Assembly (NCBI GenBank): GCA_963662585.1
Contig: OY759729.1
Coordinates: 800,001-864,000, forward strand
Source of the DNA: Candidatus Cloacimonadales bacterium
GTDB taxonomy: Bacteria > Cloacimonadota > Cloacimonadia > Cloacimonadales > JAFGVF01
Length of the DNA: 64,000 nt
Direction: 5' to 3'
Shown: positions 60,544 to 64,000 of the stretch, in pieces
Numbering within the stretch: position 1 is the first letter of the stretch
Layout of the letters: every line of letters starts with the position of its first letter
The notes under the pieces: generated by a model
What the model was told of the DNA's origin: nothing
What the model saw: only the letters and a program-made list of their open reading frames with translations
The model's database searches: none
Made by a program: the position numbers and the translations under genes

Positions 60544-63500
60544 ATGAGAAAATTAATTATTTTGATTTTGTTATTTACATTAGCAAGAACAACTGTTTTA
60601 GCTTATTATTTTGCCAATGGTTTAGGTACAATAGATGATCCTTATCAAATAGACGATTTAGCTGATTTAATTATTCTCAGTTCAGATTCCTCATTATGGA
60701 ATAAGTGTTTTGAACAGACTGCTGATATTGATGCTTCATCTACTTTAAACTTAAATAATAATGCAGGATTTAGTCCGATAGGCATTAACATTAGCAACTC
60801 ATTCACGGGTTCTTATAATGGCAATGAATTCACAATCTCAAATTTATATATTTATAGGCCTTACACAGATTATATTGGATTATTTGGTAGAACAGAAGGT
60901 GCTAATATTTCAAACATAGCTTTAGTAGAAGCTAACATAACTGGACAAATGAGAGTTGGAGCTTTAGCTGGCCATATTAATAATTCTACAATAATCAACA
61001 ATTGTTACGCAATAGGAATTATTCATGGTCGTGGAATTGATTATGCGGGAGGGTTAATAGGTAGCTCTGTTGACTCAGCAATAATTAACAGCCATGCAAG
61101 TGGGTCTGTGCTTGGAAACAATCATGTTGGTGGCTTGGTAGGATATTCTTCAGGTCCTATCAACAACTGTTATTCATCTGGAAACGCGACTGGCTCTGTT
61201 AAAGTAGGGGGATTGATAGGTATCTCTTATCAATCAACCATTAACAACTGTTATGCCACAGGTAATGCTCATGGAAGTTCTTCAGTGGGAGGTTTAGCAG
61301 GTAATCTTTATGGGGCTTCCAGTAGTAACTGTTATTCTACTGGCTTCATCCAGGGAAATTCAAATTATATTGGTGGATTAGTAGGTGAAGGTTTTTCAGG
61401 AAGTGTTTCAAACTCTTTCTGGAATGTCCAAAGCTCTGGTCAAACTACAAGTCAGGGTGGAACAGGAAAAACTAGTCTTGAAATGAAAAATATTGCTACT
61501 TATCTAAATGCTGGATGGGATTTAAGCTCTATTTGGTTGGTAAATTCACATATTAATTCAGGTTATCCCTTTCTGATAAATAATATTTACTCAAAGCTTT
61601 CAATTCCTAATCATGCCAGTAATGTCTCAGTAACACCTACCATCAGCTTAAAGATTATTGAAGAATTTGGAGATTTTGAACTCTATTGTGATGATAACCC
61701 TAATCCTGAAATTACTTTAATCCCCTTTAGTACTTTAAATAATCCTATTTCCTATACTTTTACAGAGCCATTAGATTATTATACAGATTACTATTGGTCA
61801 GTCCTTCTCTATGATGCAGATTACCAAATAACTACTCTTAACTTTACCTTTAAGACTCGTCCTCCTTTTCCTGGTTTAGGCACAGAAACGACTCCCTATC
61901 AAATAGCGACTATTGAAGACCTAAAGTTCTTAAGTAATCACGAAATGCTATGGGATAAACATTTTATTCAGATTGCTGATATTGATGCTTCATCTTCCTA
62001 TGAAGAATCATGCTTCAATCCTTTAGGAAACTCCACTAACAATTTCACAGGTTCTTATAATGGTAATGGATATTTAATCTCAAACTTATATATTAACAGA
62101 CCTATCACAGATTGTGTAGGTATCTTTGGTTATATCGATGGAGCGACTATTTCAAATGTAAGTTTAATCAATAGTGAGGTTATTGGGCTTGACCATGTAG
62201 GGAGTTTAGTAGGTTACGCTGTTAATTCCTCATCCATCAGTAACTGTTATGCTTCCGGAGAAATTACTTCTTCAGGAAACTACGCAGGTGGCTTAGTAGG
62301 CTATGCCAATTCTTCCACTATTTCTAATACTTATACAAGAAGTTTAATTAACGGAACAGGTCTTCATTTTGGTGGCTTAGTAGGCTATACCCAAAACACG
62401 CAGGTGCAAGACTCTTTTTGGGATATTGAGACAACAGGACTATCAGTAAGTTCAGGTGGAACAGGAAAGATAAGTCAAGCTATGACAAATCTCTACACTT
62501 ATATGAATTCAGATTGGGACTTTGTTATGGAAGATGAAAACGGTACACAAAATATTTGGAATATCCATCCCACAATTAATAATGGCTATCCTTTTCTAAT
62601 TCCTCAGAAGCAGATTATTACTCCATTACTACCTAAAACTGCTCTCTACACTTACCCTAATAATGAAGGAACTAATCTCGCAACTTCAGATAATCTTGTC
62701 TGGCAAAATGATTTTTTGGACTTAACTTTAGGCTACAAATTGAATCTTGGAACTGATTATCCACCTTCAAATGCAATTAATAATCAAGATTTAGGACTAT
62801 CGAGCACATATAATTATAGCCATTTAGAAGCAAACACAACTTTCTTCTGGCAAGTGATACCATATAATTCCAATGGTGATGCCATTGATTGCCCTATCTG
62901 GTCTTTCACAACTGGAACTGCAAAAGTATTAAGTATAGGACAGGGAGCAAACTCTTACCAAAAGTTTCCAATATATTATACTAAAGCAAAGAGTTACACT
63001 CAATCTATATATCTCCAATCAGAAATAAATATGAATGGTCGAAACATCGAGAATTTAGCTTTTTATCTTACTGATGATTTTATTAGCTCAGGGGCTAATC
63101 AATGGATAGTTTATCTTGGGCATACTGAAATGACTGAATTTAGTAATAATAACGACTGGTTGCTTGCTAATCAAGGTTTAACTGAAGTTGCAACTATTAC
63201 TTTCGATGATATGCTTGATACTGGGTGGCTTAATATTGAGTTAACTACTCCTTTTGTTTATAATAATATTGACAACCTAATTGTCGGTGTGATTGAGTAT
63301 AGTTCAGAAATAACTGAAAACCCTTCTTACTTCTACACTGTAGAGACTAATGTTAATCGCTCGCTTACTTATGGACATGATTCAGCCACTCTTAATCCTG
63401 ATACTTCCTATAACGGAATAGCTTCTAATTCCATCCCAAAAATGAATTTCACTTTTAGCGAAACTGAATTTACGGGTCTTGTGAAAAACTTCCAGAATCA

Positions 63501-64000
63501 GCCAATATCTAATGCTGTTATTGATATCTTAGGTCATGGTTCTTTTCCAGTCAACCAGCTGGGTGAATTTAGCATTTATAACTTAGTTCCAGGAAATTAC
63601 CAGTTATCTATCTCAGCTCCTTGGTATGAGACTCAAGTTTTGCCTTTTAAAATATTAGATAGCGAAGAAAATTATCTAGAGATTATTCTTTTTGAAGAGT
63701 TATTAGCTGCTAATAATGTTACAGCTATCCTTGCTGAAGATTTTTCTAATGTTTGTATAACTTGGAGCGAACCAGCTTGGACTATAGATAGTATTTCAAG
63801 CAAGCAAAAAAAGCAAAAATTACATCAACAAGCCAAGAGAACTCGCCTACCATCAGTTAGCTATAATCTATATCGTTACAAATCATCAGAAGCTGAAAAT
63901 CAAGAAAATTGGGTTCAAGTAGCTTTACAGCTTACGACATTAACTTATTGTGATTCTTTATTCCCTACTTTAGACCATGATAGTTATTATTGGGCAGTGA
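60544..64000 (+). CDS. Partial large secreted protein with GLUG-motif beta-helix domains and Fn3/Ig-like modules (runs off right edge)
   Basis: Manual translation MRKLIILILLFTLARTTVLA..., GT..DPYQI twice, VGGLVG-type repeats, NGYPFL; no stop seen in the stretches read through 64000; TTGACA at 60484. Confidence 0.85.
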   Translation, partial: MRKLIILILLFTLARTTVLAYYFANGLGTIDDPYQIDDLADLIILSSDSSLWNKCFEQTADIDASSTLNLNNNAGFSPIGINISNSFTGSYNGNEFTISNLYIYRPYTDYIGLFGRTEGANISNIALVEANITGQMRVGALAGHINNSTIINNCYAIGIIHGRGIDYAGGLIGSSVDSAIINSHASGSVLGNNHVGGLVGYSSGPINNCYSSGNATGSVKVGGLIGISYQSTINNCYATGNAHGSSSVGGLAGNLYGASSSNCYSTGFIQGNSNYIGGLVGEGFSGSVSNSFWNVQSSGQTTSQGGTGKTSLEMKNIATYLNAGWDLSSIWLVNSHINSGYPFLINNIYSKLSIPNHASNVSVTPTISLKIIEEFGDFELYCDDNPNPEITLIPFSTLNNPISYTFTEPLDYYTDYYWSVLLYDADYQITTLNFTFKTRPPFPGLGTETTPYQIATIEDLKFLSNHEMLWDKHFIQIADIDASSSYEESCFNPLGNSTNNFTGSYNGNGYLISNLYINRPITDCVGIFGYIDGATISNVSLINSEVIGLDHVGSLVGYAVNSSSISNCYASGEITSSGNYAGGLVGYANSSTISNTYTRSLINGTGLHFGGLVGYTQNTQVQDSFWDIETTGLSVSSGGTGKISQAMTNLYTYMNSDWDFVMEDENGTQNIWNIHPTINNGYPFLIPQKQIITPLLPKTALYTYPNNEGTNLATSDNLVWQNDFLDLTLGYKLNLGTDYPPSNAINNQDLGLSSTYNYSHLEANTTFFWQVIPYNSNGDAIDCPIWSFTTGTAKVLSIGQGANSYQKFPIYYTKAKSYTQSIYLQSEINMNGRNIENLAFYLTDDFISSGANQWIVYLGHTEMTEFSNNNDWLLANQGLTEVATITFDDMLDTGWLNIELTTPFVYNNIDNLIVGVIEYSSEITENPSYFYTVETNVNRSLTYGHDSATLNPDTSYNGIASNSIPKMNFTFSETEFTGLVKNFQNQPISNAVIDILGHGSFPVNQLGEFSIYNLVPGNYQLSISAPWYETQVLPFKILDSEENYLEIILFEELLAANNVTAILAEDFSNVCITWSEPAWTIDSISSKQKKQKLHQQAKRTRLPSVSYNLYRYKSSEAENQENWVQVALQLTTLTYCDSLFPTLDHDSYYWAV

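Overview
AT-rich bacterial chromosome window from a diderm (LPS-making) organism. The FlgD-Ig/T9SS-type C-terminal sorting domains suggest the FCB superphylum, possibly Cloacimonadota; this is inference, not a computed assignment. Housekeeping genes include kdsA-kdsC-lptC-lptA, dinB, feoB, typA, a SulP transporter and a hybrid histidine kinase. The window also holds two paralogous ~1000-aa secreted proteins, three IS elements (one IS1182-family, two near-identical IS4-like) and many GC-rich REP-like palindrome arrays. The most striking feature is a tightly coupled 8-gene operon (37012-48080). It encodes an apparent single-chain FliF(RBM3)-TM-FliG fusion, MotA and MotB stators with intact functional motifs, an ExeA-like AAA ATPase, Wzc, an SLBB-LCP protein, Wza and an outer-membrane propeller/barrel protein. 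No flagellar export, rod, hook or filament gene occurs anywhere in the window. The operon is head-to-head with a large FG-GAP/Ig surface protein carrying a type-B T9SS-like CTD and a PorP/PorV-like barrel. This looks like a non-flagellar rotary motor linked to polysaccharide or protein export. Second highlight: a tandemly duplicated DUF559 nuclease gene embedded in structured palindromic repeats, with nuclease-free copies of the repeat elsewhere showing compensatory stem changes. All family assignments come from motif recognition by eye; no searches were run.
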